Under the pieces are notes generated by a model. The model had not been told where the DNA came from and did not search any database. It was given only the letters and a program-made list of their open reading frames with translations. Positions 56,966-64,000 of a stretch of 64,000 nucleotides of DNA are shown here, piece by piece (the stretch's first letter is position 1; every line of letters starts with the position of its first letter). Position numbers and translations under genes: made by a program. The stretch covers positions 32,001 through 96,000 of the IMG/VR virus record IMGVR_UViG_3300033121_002354; one strand, written 5' to 3'. Origin of the DNA: a virus (taxonomy: Duplodnaviria; Caudoviricetes).

Positions 56966-58418
56966 CAAATTATTAATATCGGAACAAAAATTAATAAATT
57001 TAATGCTTAAAGATGATCGGGTTATTCAAGACCTTGTTTCTCGTAATATTACAGAAAACATGTTTTCTGAAGAACACGAGTTTTTGGTAAGGTCTATTTT
57101 TAAGCAATACATGACCACCTCCAAGACTTCAGTCACCAGACTATTAAGCAGAGATACGTATAGAGCCAACCTTATTGGCGTCAACATGGGAGACATGGCA
57201 TCTAAACTTACGGTTTATGACAGTTGCTCCTTTGAAGATGCAGAATTGGGTGATGTTGAATATTTAGTTAAAGACCTGATTAACGGTTTTGCATCTCGCA
57301 GGACCGCAGTTGTTTTAGCACAGTATAAAGAAACTCTTGAGAAAAAAGGGCATTACGAGGCTGCAGTAAATCTTAGAAAGAATCTTGATTTCACTTCTTT
57401 TAGCGTATCCAATAAAACATCAAAGCTTGTCTCTCTTAGAGATCCAGATTCCATCAAAGAGTATCTGAACGAAAAGAAAGAACAACGTACAAATCCAGCA
57501 AAATTAATAAAGACCGGAATAGACGAAATTGACAAAGTTATGCCTATTGGACCGGCCAAAGGTACTTTGACGTTATTTATATCACCACCTGGTTGTGGTA
57601 AAACCACAATAATGTTAAATATTGGCATTAATGTTACTAAAGCAAAGCACAATGTGTTATTTGTAACAATCGAAATGCCAGCTAACAGACTTATTGACCG
57701 AATAGCCTCTAATATAACGGGGATAGACTTTTCGAAAGTTAGTCAACCTGGATTGTTAAGTGAAGAAGAGTTTGCCGCGATTGAAAAAGCAATGACTGAT
57801 TGGCATAAAAACTATGCTGGAAACTTTTGCATGTTGGATACTGGCGGTGAAATTACTATCTCTATGTTACAAAGAGAGATAGAAGATCGCTTGATCAATT
57901 TCAAACCAGATATTCTTGTGGTTGACTATCTGAGTATTGTAAAACCTGATGATCAAGACAGCAGGCATGACCTTAAATTGGGTGAAATTGCCAAAGGTTT
58001 GCGGGCTATCGGGGCAAGATATGACTTAGGAGTTTTGTCTGCTGCACAGTTGGGACGTGATGCAATCCGCAGAATCAGAAAAGACAAAGACCAAATGATG
58101 GGTACAGATGACGTTAAAGATTCTCAAGAAGTGGCTGCGGATTGCGATTTCATATTTGGATTATTTCAAAGTGAAGATGGAGATAATAAGCTTCGAGGAC
58201 AAACCATTAAGTCACGTTATGGAAGATCGTTTAACAAATTCAATCTTTACTTCGACGGAAGTATATGCAAAATAGGCAATTATGAGATTGCTGGTATAGG
58301 TGACAGCAAATTTAAATTACCTGACAAGAGCATGTTAATAGATGACCAAACTTCAGATTTTTCTGCTGTAAACTTAAACAACGATGATGATGAAGAAGAC
58401 ACGTTTAATTTGGATTAA
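56958..58418 (+). CDS. dnaB: Replicative DNA helicase, DnaB family
   Basis: IKTGIDEID, SPPGCGKT, FVTIEM, LVVDYL, SAAQLGR, DSQEVAADCD, KSRYG. Confidence 0.92.
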   Translation: MTNKLLISEQKLINLMLKDDRVIQDLVSRNITENMFSEEHEFLVRSIFKQYMTTSKTSVTRLLSRDTYRANLIGVNMGDMASKLTVYDSCSFEDAELGDVEYLVKDLINGFASRRTAVVLAQYKETLEKKGHYEAAVNLRKNLDFTSFSVSNKTSKLVSLRDPDSIKEYLNEKKEQRTNPAKLIKTGIDEIDKVMPIGPAKGTLTLFISPPGCGKTTIMLNIGINVTKAKHNVLFVTIEMPANRLIDRIASNITGIDFSKVSQPGLLSEEEFAAIEKAMTDWHKNYAGNFCMLDTGGEITISMLQREIEDRLINFKPDILVVDYLSIVKPDDQDSRHDLKLGEIAKGLRAIGARYDLGVLSAAQLGRDAIRRIRKDKDQMMGTDDVKDSQEVAADCDFIFGLFQSEDGDNKLRGQTIKSRYGRSFNKFNLYFDGSICKIGNYEIAGIGDSKFKLPDKSMLIDDQTSDFSAVNLNNDDDEEDTFNLD

Positions 58419-58420
58419 TC

Positions 58421-59056
58421 ATGATAAGCAAGACACAGATTGAGTTGGCATTGCAAAACAAGAGTATCACTGATTATCTTGCTGCTCGTGGTTTTAGTCC
58501 TGAAACAACTACGGGAGTGAGATGGAAATATCTTTGTCCTTTTCCAGATCATCAAGAGACCAAACCAAGTTTTGTTGTTTTTAAAAATGAAGAGATAGAA
58601 AAGTTTTGGTGTTTTGGATGTAGTCGCGGCATTTCTCTTGTGCAACTCATGATGGGCTTGGAGGGGTTGACCTATCCACAAGCCCTGAAAAAGATTATCC
58701 CTGATTCTCAATTTACTAGTGATGATGAAATTAAGGCAATCTTATCACAAATAGAGAAGTTCAAGGATGATATAACGCCAGATGCAGATATAGGCACGCT
58801 ACTTATGAACATATCTAGGATGTGTTTAACTTACTCTCATAAAACCAATAACGATCCTAAAGAGGTGGCAATTTTAGACAGATTCTATTGTCAGCTTGAT
58901 AAAGATATTATAGATTTAAATATAGATAACCTTGAAAGATATCTGTTTGTCTTGCCCAAAATATTGTGCCAAAGAAAAGACATATATAAGCACAATAAAT
59001 TCTTGGAAAGAAAAAAGGAGTTTAAACATGAGAGCACCATCTCATTGGAAGCTTGA
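58421..59056 (+). CDS. CHC2 zinc-finger (DnaG N-terminal) protein lacking a TOPRIM domain
   Basis: CPFPDHQETKPSF...FWCFGC..G....LMMGLEGLTYPQAL; remaining ~110 aa look helical, with no primase catalytic motifs. Confidence 0.8.
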   Translation: MISKTQIELALQNKSITDYLAARGFSPETTTGVRWKYLCPFPDHQETKPSFVVFKNEEIEKFWCFGCSRGISLVQLMMGLEGLTYPQALKKIIPDSQFTSDDEIKAILSQIEKFKDDITPDADIGTLLMNISRMCLTYSHKTNNDPKEVAILDRFYCQLDKDIIDLNIDNLERYLFVLPKILCQRKDIYKHNKFLERKKEFKHESTISLEA

Positions 59057-59219
59057 TGACTTATACGAACACTGCTTAAGTGGACCTAAAGCTTCAAAAG
59101 GAGATAAGTGGTTTCCTGCTCGTCCATGTGGATTTTATTCTATTTGGAGCAGGATAAGAATTGCTTATTCAGTTTTTATTGGAAAATGTGATGCAGTTGA
59201 ATGGCCAGGTGATCAGTGA
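59028..59219 (+). CDS. Small phage hypothetical protein
   Basis: AAGGAG upstream of ATG 59028; WFPARP.G..S..RIRIAYSVFIGKCDA.EW. Confidence 0.65.
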   Translation: MRAPSHWKLDDLYEHCLSGPKASKGDKWFPARPCGFYSIWSRIRIAYSVFIGKCDAVEWPGDQ

Positions 59220-60316
59220 ATACGATTAAGTTAGGAAACTCTTTGTACTTAATGCAGCAGGACTTACAGAACAACAGTGTATCTGCTGTCATAACAGATC
59301 CACCATATGGGCTATCTTTACTTCAAGAGGAGTGGGATCAGTCACTTCCTTCTACAGAAATATGGCGGCAATGTTTTCGTGTTCTAAAGCCTGGTGGTTT
59401 TTGTGTGGCGTTTGGACATGTAAAAACATTTCACAGGCTTGCCTGCAACATAGAAGATGCAGGGTTTGTTTTGAAAGATTGTTTTTGTTGGGGATATGCT
59501 ACTGGTACTCCGTACAGTCTGGATTTGTCAAAAGCTTTTGATAAAAAACTAGGAATGGAACGTGAAGTTATAGCAACACGTGTTCATCCGACGTTAAAGA
59601 ACAAACCAAAAGTTAAATCGAGCAGATACCATGTTGAGAGTCTTAAAAGCGATGAAACTGCAGAGTCATGGGACATTACTGCACCTGCATCAGATGAAGC
59701 AAAAAAGTGGAATGGTTGGGGTACAGCACTAAAAACTGCTTGGGAGCCTATTCTGCTTTTTCAGAAACCACTAGAAGGAACTTACATAGAAAATGTAAAG
59801 AAATATAATATTGGCGGCATCAATATTGATGAATGTCGCATTCCGTATGCTTCAGAAGAAGACAAAAAGTCGCTGGAAACATTTCTTAATTTTGCTGGAA
59901 AAGATCACGGAAATTCTAAGTATAGGTCTTTTAATGGTAATGGGAAAAAGCAGGTCAATGTGCATCCAGACGGAAGATGGCCAGCAAATATGATGTGGTT
60001 AGATGAAATTTTTCCAGAATACGACCATATTTTTATGGTCCCTAAGCCTTCAAAGCACGAGAAGAGAGACTATAATGATCATCCTTCTGTTAAGCCTGTT
60101 CACTTAATGGAACGACTGATTAAGCTTGTAACTCCTAATCCTACAGTAGTTTGTGAAGATGTGATAGTATTAGATCCCTTTATGGGTTCTGGCGGGACAG
60201 GGGTTGCTTGCAAGAAATTAAATCGTACATTTTATGGGTACGAGTTGAGTCCTGAATACTATGAAATAGCTGTGCAAAGGTTTAACGAGAACACTAATAC
60301 AGAGTTGTTCAAATAA
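59216..60316 (+). CDS. DNA methyltransferase, N4-C/N6-A beta class, orphan
   Basis: ITDPPYG, RVLKPGG, LKTAWEPI, GRWPAN, HPSVKP, VLDPFMGSGGTG. Confidence 0.92.
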   Translation: MNTIKLGNSLYLMQQDLQNNSVSAVITDPPYGLSLLQEEWDQSLPSTEIWRQCFRVLKPGGFCVAFGHVKTFHRLACNIEDAGFVLKDCFCWGYATGTPYSLDLSKAFDKKLGMEREVIATRVHPTLKNKPKVKSSRYHVESLKSDETAESWDITAPASDEAKKWNGWGTALKTAWEPILLFQKPLEGTYIENVKKYNIGGINIDECRIPYASEEDKKSLETFLNFAGKDHGNSKYRSFNGNGKKQVNVHPDGRWPANMMWLDEIFPEYDHIFMVPKPSKHEKRDYNDHPSVKPVHLMERLIKLVTPNPTVVCEDVIVLDPFMGSGGTGVACKKLNRTFYGYELSPEYYEIAVQRFNENTNTELFK

Positions 60317-61083
60317 TGCAAGACAGCAATTTTTATTCTTTAACTCCACAGTATAAAAAGTTTGCACAGAGCAAAGACAAGTGCAAATCCTGTTATCTTT
60401 GTGACATATATAAACAAGTTGTTCAATCTGAAGGAAACGTAAAGAATCCTACTTTTATGATAATTGGTGAAGCTCCAGGTGCCGACGAAGTAGAACATAA
60501 AAGACCGTTTATAGGAAAATCTGGGCAGGAGCTTCGAAAGCATTTGCGGAGAATTGGGTTTAACAAGTCTAACACTTTGATAAGCAATGTTTTGCCATGT
60601 CGTCCTAAAGACAACAGGTTTCCATTTGATGCCAAAATATCGCGTAACTGTGCTAAAAAATGGTTGCTACAAGAAATAAAAATGGTTCAGCCCAAGCTCA
60701 TAATAACTTGTGGCTCCAAGGCAGCAGAAATAGTCAGAGAATTTCACGACAAAACACTTGTACTTGGTAAGTATCGTGGGATATTTGAGTTTATCAATGG
60801 ATCAAGATGGTGCATTTCTACATGGCACCCTTCTTATGTATTAAGGTGCAAAAACGATCCAGCCAAGGCTTCTATAGAAAAAGAGTTTATAGACGATTTG
60901 GAAAAAGCTTTTGATTATAATAGTTATATAACCAATAAAAAAGATAACACACAAAAAGTGTATTTTGCCAAAAAGAAAACTAACAACAGCTATGTTGTCA
61001 AGGATGAAACTTATTATACTTCCAACAATAAAGACACTTATAGTGTTAGTGAAAACTTTTTTACGCAGTATCCAACATGGTAG
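60316..61083 (+). CDS. udg: Uracil-DNA glycosylase family 4 (Fe-S cluster type)
   Basis: CKSCYLC, IGEAPGADE, RPFIGKSG, SNVLPCRP.DNR, TWHPSY. Confidence 0.9.
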   Translation: MQDSNFYSLTPQYKKFAQSKDKCKSCYLCDIYKQVVQSEGNVKNPTFMIIGEAPGADEVEHKRPFIGKSGQELRKHLRRIGFNKSNTLISNVLPCRPKDNRFPFDAKISRNCAKKWLLQEIKMVQPKLIITCGSKAAEIVREFHDKTLVLGKYRGIFEFINGSRWCISTWHPSYVLRCKNDPAKASIEKEFIDDLEKAFDYNSYITNKKDNTQKVYFAKKKTNNSYVVKDETYYTSNNKDTYSVSENFFTQYPTW

Positions 61084-61502
61084 AATTTGAAGACACAACA
61101 TTAATAGAATCGCAAGGGTTTTTTGATATCGTTCAGGAACTCATGGAAGTTCCAAAGTGGATGTTAAGGTCAAATGTGTATATTACTACTGCAGATGGTC
61201 AGTTTGGTTATGTAATTAATTTTTGGAATACCAAGAGAGTTATCATAGATGAAGTAATGCGTTCATTAATGGTGAATTCTCCAGCATCTGATTTGTCAGA
61301 ACTATCAAATTGGTGCGAGGAACACGGCTGGAACAAGCCAGAGCCATCACCAAGGTTGTTAGAAAATCCACGCCAATTTGATTTTTGGCAAAGGCAGTAT
61401 CAATCTGGTCTTGTAAATTCTGAAGAACTCGACCAGAGAGAAAGTGATTTTATGGAAAGAATAAAACCAAAGGAAACAAAAAATGCCAGTAAAGAGTTGT
61501 AA
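61077..61502 (+). CDS. Hypothetical protein
   Basis: 141-aa ORF overlapping both neighbours. Confidence 0.7.
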   Translation: MVEFEDTTLIESQGFFDIVQELMEVPKWMLRSNVYITTADGQFGYVINFWNTKRVIIDEVMRSLMVNSPASDLSELSNWCEEHGWNKPEPSPRLLENPRQFDFWQRQYQSGLVNSEELDQRESDFMERIKPKETKNASKEL

Positions 61503-62106
61503 CAAATTAACACGTTTCGAGTTTGAGTATGAGTCAGAATCGTCTAAGACAACGTACAATTTAGTGTATGTTGGGTCTTCGGAAGGCGAAGAAATATCTA
61601 TAACAGATGAAGAAGGTACAGAGGTAAACTTTGATTTTTCAATGCTTTGTGAAATTGTTGACTTAATTAGAGCAACCAAAAAAACGCAGAGCAACCTGAA
61701 TATTCCTTCTCCTACTGTTCAGGATTTTTCTACAGAGTCAGAAGTTGACAGGACTCAAAAACACGTTAGTGAAATAATGTCTAATTTTGATCCTTCATCT
61801 CCAGAGTTTGAATCACCTGGAATCATGAAGGGGCTTAATGGACTAGAGGTTGTAGGAGAACAAGAAGAAATAAACATAGAAGATCTGGACGAGGAAATCT
61901 CCTTAGACGATGACGAAGAAACCACTATAAAAACCACAAAATCGGGCGGACATAATGTAGTTGTTGCAAATCAAACTCCAGAAGAAGAGTTAAAAAAGAT
62001 TGCCGAAGAAAGGAAAAAGACACAACCGAAAAAGCCCGGTGCTAAGAAAATCAAGAAAATTGCAGAGTCTGAACCAAACGAAGATGACGAAGTAATAAAT
62101 CTTTAA
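61483..62106 (+). CDS. Acidic, largely low-complexity hypothetical protein
   Basis: Glu/Asp-rich with a Lys-rich C-terminal patch. Confidence 0.7.
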   Translation: MPVKSCNKLTRFEFEYESESSKTTYNLVYVGSSEGEEISITDEEGTEVNFDFSMLCEIVDLIRATKKTQSNLNIPSPTVQDFSTESEVDRTQKHVSEIMSNFDPSSPEFESPGIMKGLNGLEVVGEQEEINIEDLDEEISLDDDEETTIKTTKSGGHNVVVANQTPEEELKKIAEERKKTQPKKPGAKKIKKIAESEPNEDDEVINL

Positions 62107-62118
62107 AAGGAGATCAAT

Positions 62119-62301
62119 GTGCTACTTAACAAACAGGCCGTAAAAACCGCTATTCTGGAACGTTGGTGCAAACTTCGTGGTATAGAGATGACAAGGGTTT
62201 CATCTGAGTGTTACGAATATTTGGAAGCAAAGCTAATAAACACTATTGATAACGCCATAAAAACTCATCCTTCTATGGGTAAAACAATCAGGTTTCAGTA
62301 A
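62119..62301 (+). CDS. Putative histone-fold protein
   Basis: 60 aa; AAGGAG Shine-Dalgarno; L..QAVK..I...RVSSE....L...L...I..AI......KTI pattern. Confidence 0.55.
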   Translation: MLLNKQAVKTAILERWCKLRGIEMTRVSSECYEYLEAKLINTIDNAIKTHPSMGKTIRFQ

Positions 62302-62519
62302 TGGATTATCCTTGTGTAAAACTGGTATTGGCTAAGCAAATGCTTGGTCCAAACGGGATTATAGAACCATTGTGCAATTCGTGTACTCAAATTGATTGTA
62401 CTAATCCCATACGGAAGAAAACGGTTTCTATTTTAGGTGTCAACAAAGAGTGGCACCTGTTCATGGAAGGAACCAAAGCTTATCAAATAGTTGGCTGCGA
62501 AGGCTACATTAATGAATGA
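62301..62519 (+). CDS. Small Cys-containing hypothetical protein
   Basis: CNSCTQIDC...C; TAATG coupling to upstream gene. Confidence 0.65.
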   Translation: MDYPCVKLVLAKQMLGPNGIIEPLCNSCTQIDCTNPIRKKTVSILGVNKEWHLFMEGTKAYQIVGCEGYINE

Positions 62520-63360
62520 TGATTTCTATTCTTATATCACCAAGATTACAACTTATCCCGGTTCTAAAGTTGTAATGAGTAGTTTGTCTAAGTTGTGGAG
62601 TTATGCCCACGACGAAGCAACTAGACTAGAGCTAAAGAATTTATCAAAAGTGCATTTTGGAAGCAGGATATATGTTGATCCATCTTTTAATCCGGGTTTC
62701 GATTATGTTGTAAATAAATTTCCAGATGCTGATTTAAGTTCTATATCGGCTTTTTTAGTGCCTTCAGAGCACATGAACATTCTGGAGGTTCGTCACTGTG
62801 CAGGTTGTTATATTCCTAAGTTAAAGCTCATTTTGATAAAAGCGGGCAATACTTGGGGTGGTTCATCTAGTGAGATTGACCGATTATTTGATTTGTTTTC
62901 TATAAACGTTGCTATGGATGATGTATTTGTCCACGAATTGATACACGCAGTTTCACATGAATATGACAGACAAACCAGAAAGAACAAAGTATTAGAAGAA
63001 GAGTTTGCTTACAGTAATACGCTTGACTGGTTTTACGATAAAGGGTTAAATGACGAACAAATAATATCAAAGAATTTTTTGCCATTTTTAATTTCGGATG
63101 TGCTGGAAAAGGACAATAAGGAAATAGAAGACTCAATATTTTCTAGTAAAGCAATATACGCATCTTATTTAACAGGCAAAGAACGTCGTGCATCATTAGA
63201 GATGTTTGCTAACGAATATGTTACAGAGGTAGTGAACAGGGCAATAGATAAAGGAAAATCATTAATAAAAATGTATAAAAAGTATGGAAGAAATCAGTAT
63301 TACAATACAACATTGATTGATGATGACGAAAGCAGGTTTAGTAATTTAGATTTTTCATAA
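62512..63360 (+). CDS. HExxH-motif putative metallopeptidase
   Basis: AGCY...LILI...VFVHELIHAV...EEEFAY; ATG 62512 preferred over TTG 62491. Confidence 0.65.
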   Translation: MNDDFYSYITKITTYPGSKVVMSSLSKLWSYAHDEATRLELKNLSKVHFGSRIYVDPSFNPGFDYVVNKFPDADLSSISAFLVPSEHMNILEVRHCAGCYIPKLKLILIKAGNTWGGSSSEIDRLFDLFSINVAMDDVFVHELIHAVSHEYDRQTRKNKVLEEEFAYSNTLDWFYDKGLNDEQIISKNFLPFLISDVLEKDNKEIEDSIFSSKAIYASYLTGKERRASLEMFANEYVTEVVNRAIDKGKSLIKMYKKYGRNQYYNTTLIDDDESRFSNLDFS

Positions 63361-63363
63361 GTT

Positions 63364-63744
63364 ATGGCAATATACGAATACAAGTCTGTTAATGGTGGGT
63401 GCAAACAATGCTCTGATGTTTTTGAAGTAGTTCAAAGAATGTCAGATCCGCCATTACAGGTGTGTGACAAGTGTGGAAACCCTGTAGAACGAATACCTAG
63501 TTTATGTTCTATGAATATGGGTTTTCGAGAAGCCAATCAATACCCTGATGTTAAATATCATAAATATTGGAGAGACAGAAACGGTGTTAGGCACAAAGTA
63601 ACTCCTGCTGATGGTGATCATAAATCCCCAACGGTTTCCAGAAGGGTTACGGCTTCACCAGAACAAATTGCTGCTCGCAAAAAGAGAGATTACGAACAAA
63701 GTCGTAGAGATCTTGCACGTCGTTGTCGGCAAAAAAAGAACTGA
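63364..63744 (+). CDS. FmdB-family zinc-ribbon protein
   Basis: MAIYEY....CKQC..FEVVQRMSDPPLQVCDKCG.PVERI.S. Confidence 0.85.
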   Translation: MAIYEYKSVNGGCKQCSDVFEVVQRMSDPPLQVCDKCGNPVERIPSLCSMNMGFREANQYPDVKYHKYWRDRNGVRHKVTPADGDHKSPTVSRRVTASPEQIAARKKRDYEQSRRDLARRCRQKKN

Positions 63745-63780
63745 TTTGTATTTTCCTGAATCGTATTACATACTTTAGTA

Positions 63781-64000
63781 ATGAGATATATCAGAGTTAA
63801 AAAGATAACTCAAAAGCTGTGTGACACTATTGTCAATGAACAGCCTGCAGTCAAAGAAATTCTTACTCAAATCATGGCCCGCAATTTATATTGTTCAATG
63901 ATAGTAGAAGGAAAGAGTCAATACTGTGTTTTAGATAAGGTAAGAATTTTAGATGTCCTGAGTGACGGTTTTAAGTATGCCTCTTTCAGGGGCAACATTA
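63781..64000 (+). CDS. Hypothetical protein, 3'-truncated by the window edge
   Basis: Open frame MRYIRVKKITQKLCDTIVNEQPAVKE... to the end of the window. Confidence 0.55.
   Translation, partial: MRYIRVKKITQKLCDTIVNEQPAVKEILTQIMARNLYCSMIVEGKSQYCVLDKVRILDVLSDGFKYASFRGNI

Noticed and set aside
58932-59027. TTG-start extension of the small gene ending at 59219
   Set aside because: Long overlap with the CHC2 gene; ATG 59028 has a good AAGGAG.
1-64000. Genome-wide stop-codon reassignment (code 15 or 4) as explanation for the split genes
   Set aside because: Multi-kb ORFs are open in code 11, conserved enzymes end normally at TAG/TGA/TAA, and most split junctions use TAA or change frame.
1-64000. 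Eukaryotic giant-virus or cellular chromosome origin
   Set aside because: Coupled stop/start overlaps, Shine-Dalgarno sites, DnaB/DnaC/CHC2 genes and lack of housekeeping operons favour a large prokaryotic virus; a plasmid or other element cannot be strictly excluded.

Overview
AT-rich (roughly one-third GC by eye), densely coded, almost entirely + strand segment. It is most consistent with a large ('jumbo'-type) bacteriophage genome; this is inferred from gene content, as no capsid or terminase gene lies in the window. Layout: (i) 0.3-5.5 kb, two GT4 glycosyltransferases, hypotheticals and a catalytically dead CCA/poly(A)-polymerase-like protein; (ii) 5.5-43.1 kb, a tightly coupled run of very large Ser/Thr-rich proteins built from PKD, FN3, Ig-like, LamG, BNR/Kelch propeller, vWA and Cys-rich modules, probably a glycosylated virion appendage or adhesion apparatus; (iii) 43-47 kb, a free-standing LAGLIDADG endonuclease and three more glycosyltransferase-like genes; (iv) 48.8-64 kb, DNA metabolism: intein-containing SF2 helicase, two orphan DNA methyltransferases, RNase HI, Ycf46-like AAA+ ATPase, DnaC-like loader, DnaB, a Zn-finger-only primase fragment, family-4 UDG, a histone-fold-like protein and an FmdB Zn ribbon. 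Three signals stand out. (1) Gene boundaries in the giant-protein cluster repeatedly fall inside domains: internal paralogues show the missing strands in the next ORF, suggesting a chain assembled by split-domain complementation or recoding. (2) The helicase intein carries its LAGLIDADG endonuclease in a different, overlapping reading frame. (3) A ~500-nt highly structured non-coding element lies directly upstream of RNase HI at the head of the replication module. All calls come from motif reading by eye; no database search or folding program was run.
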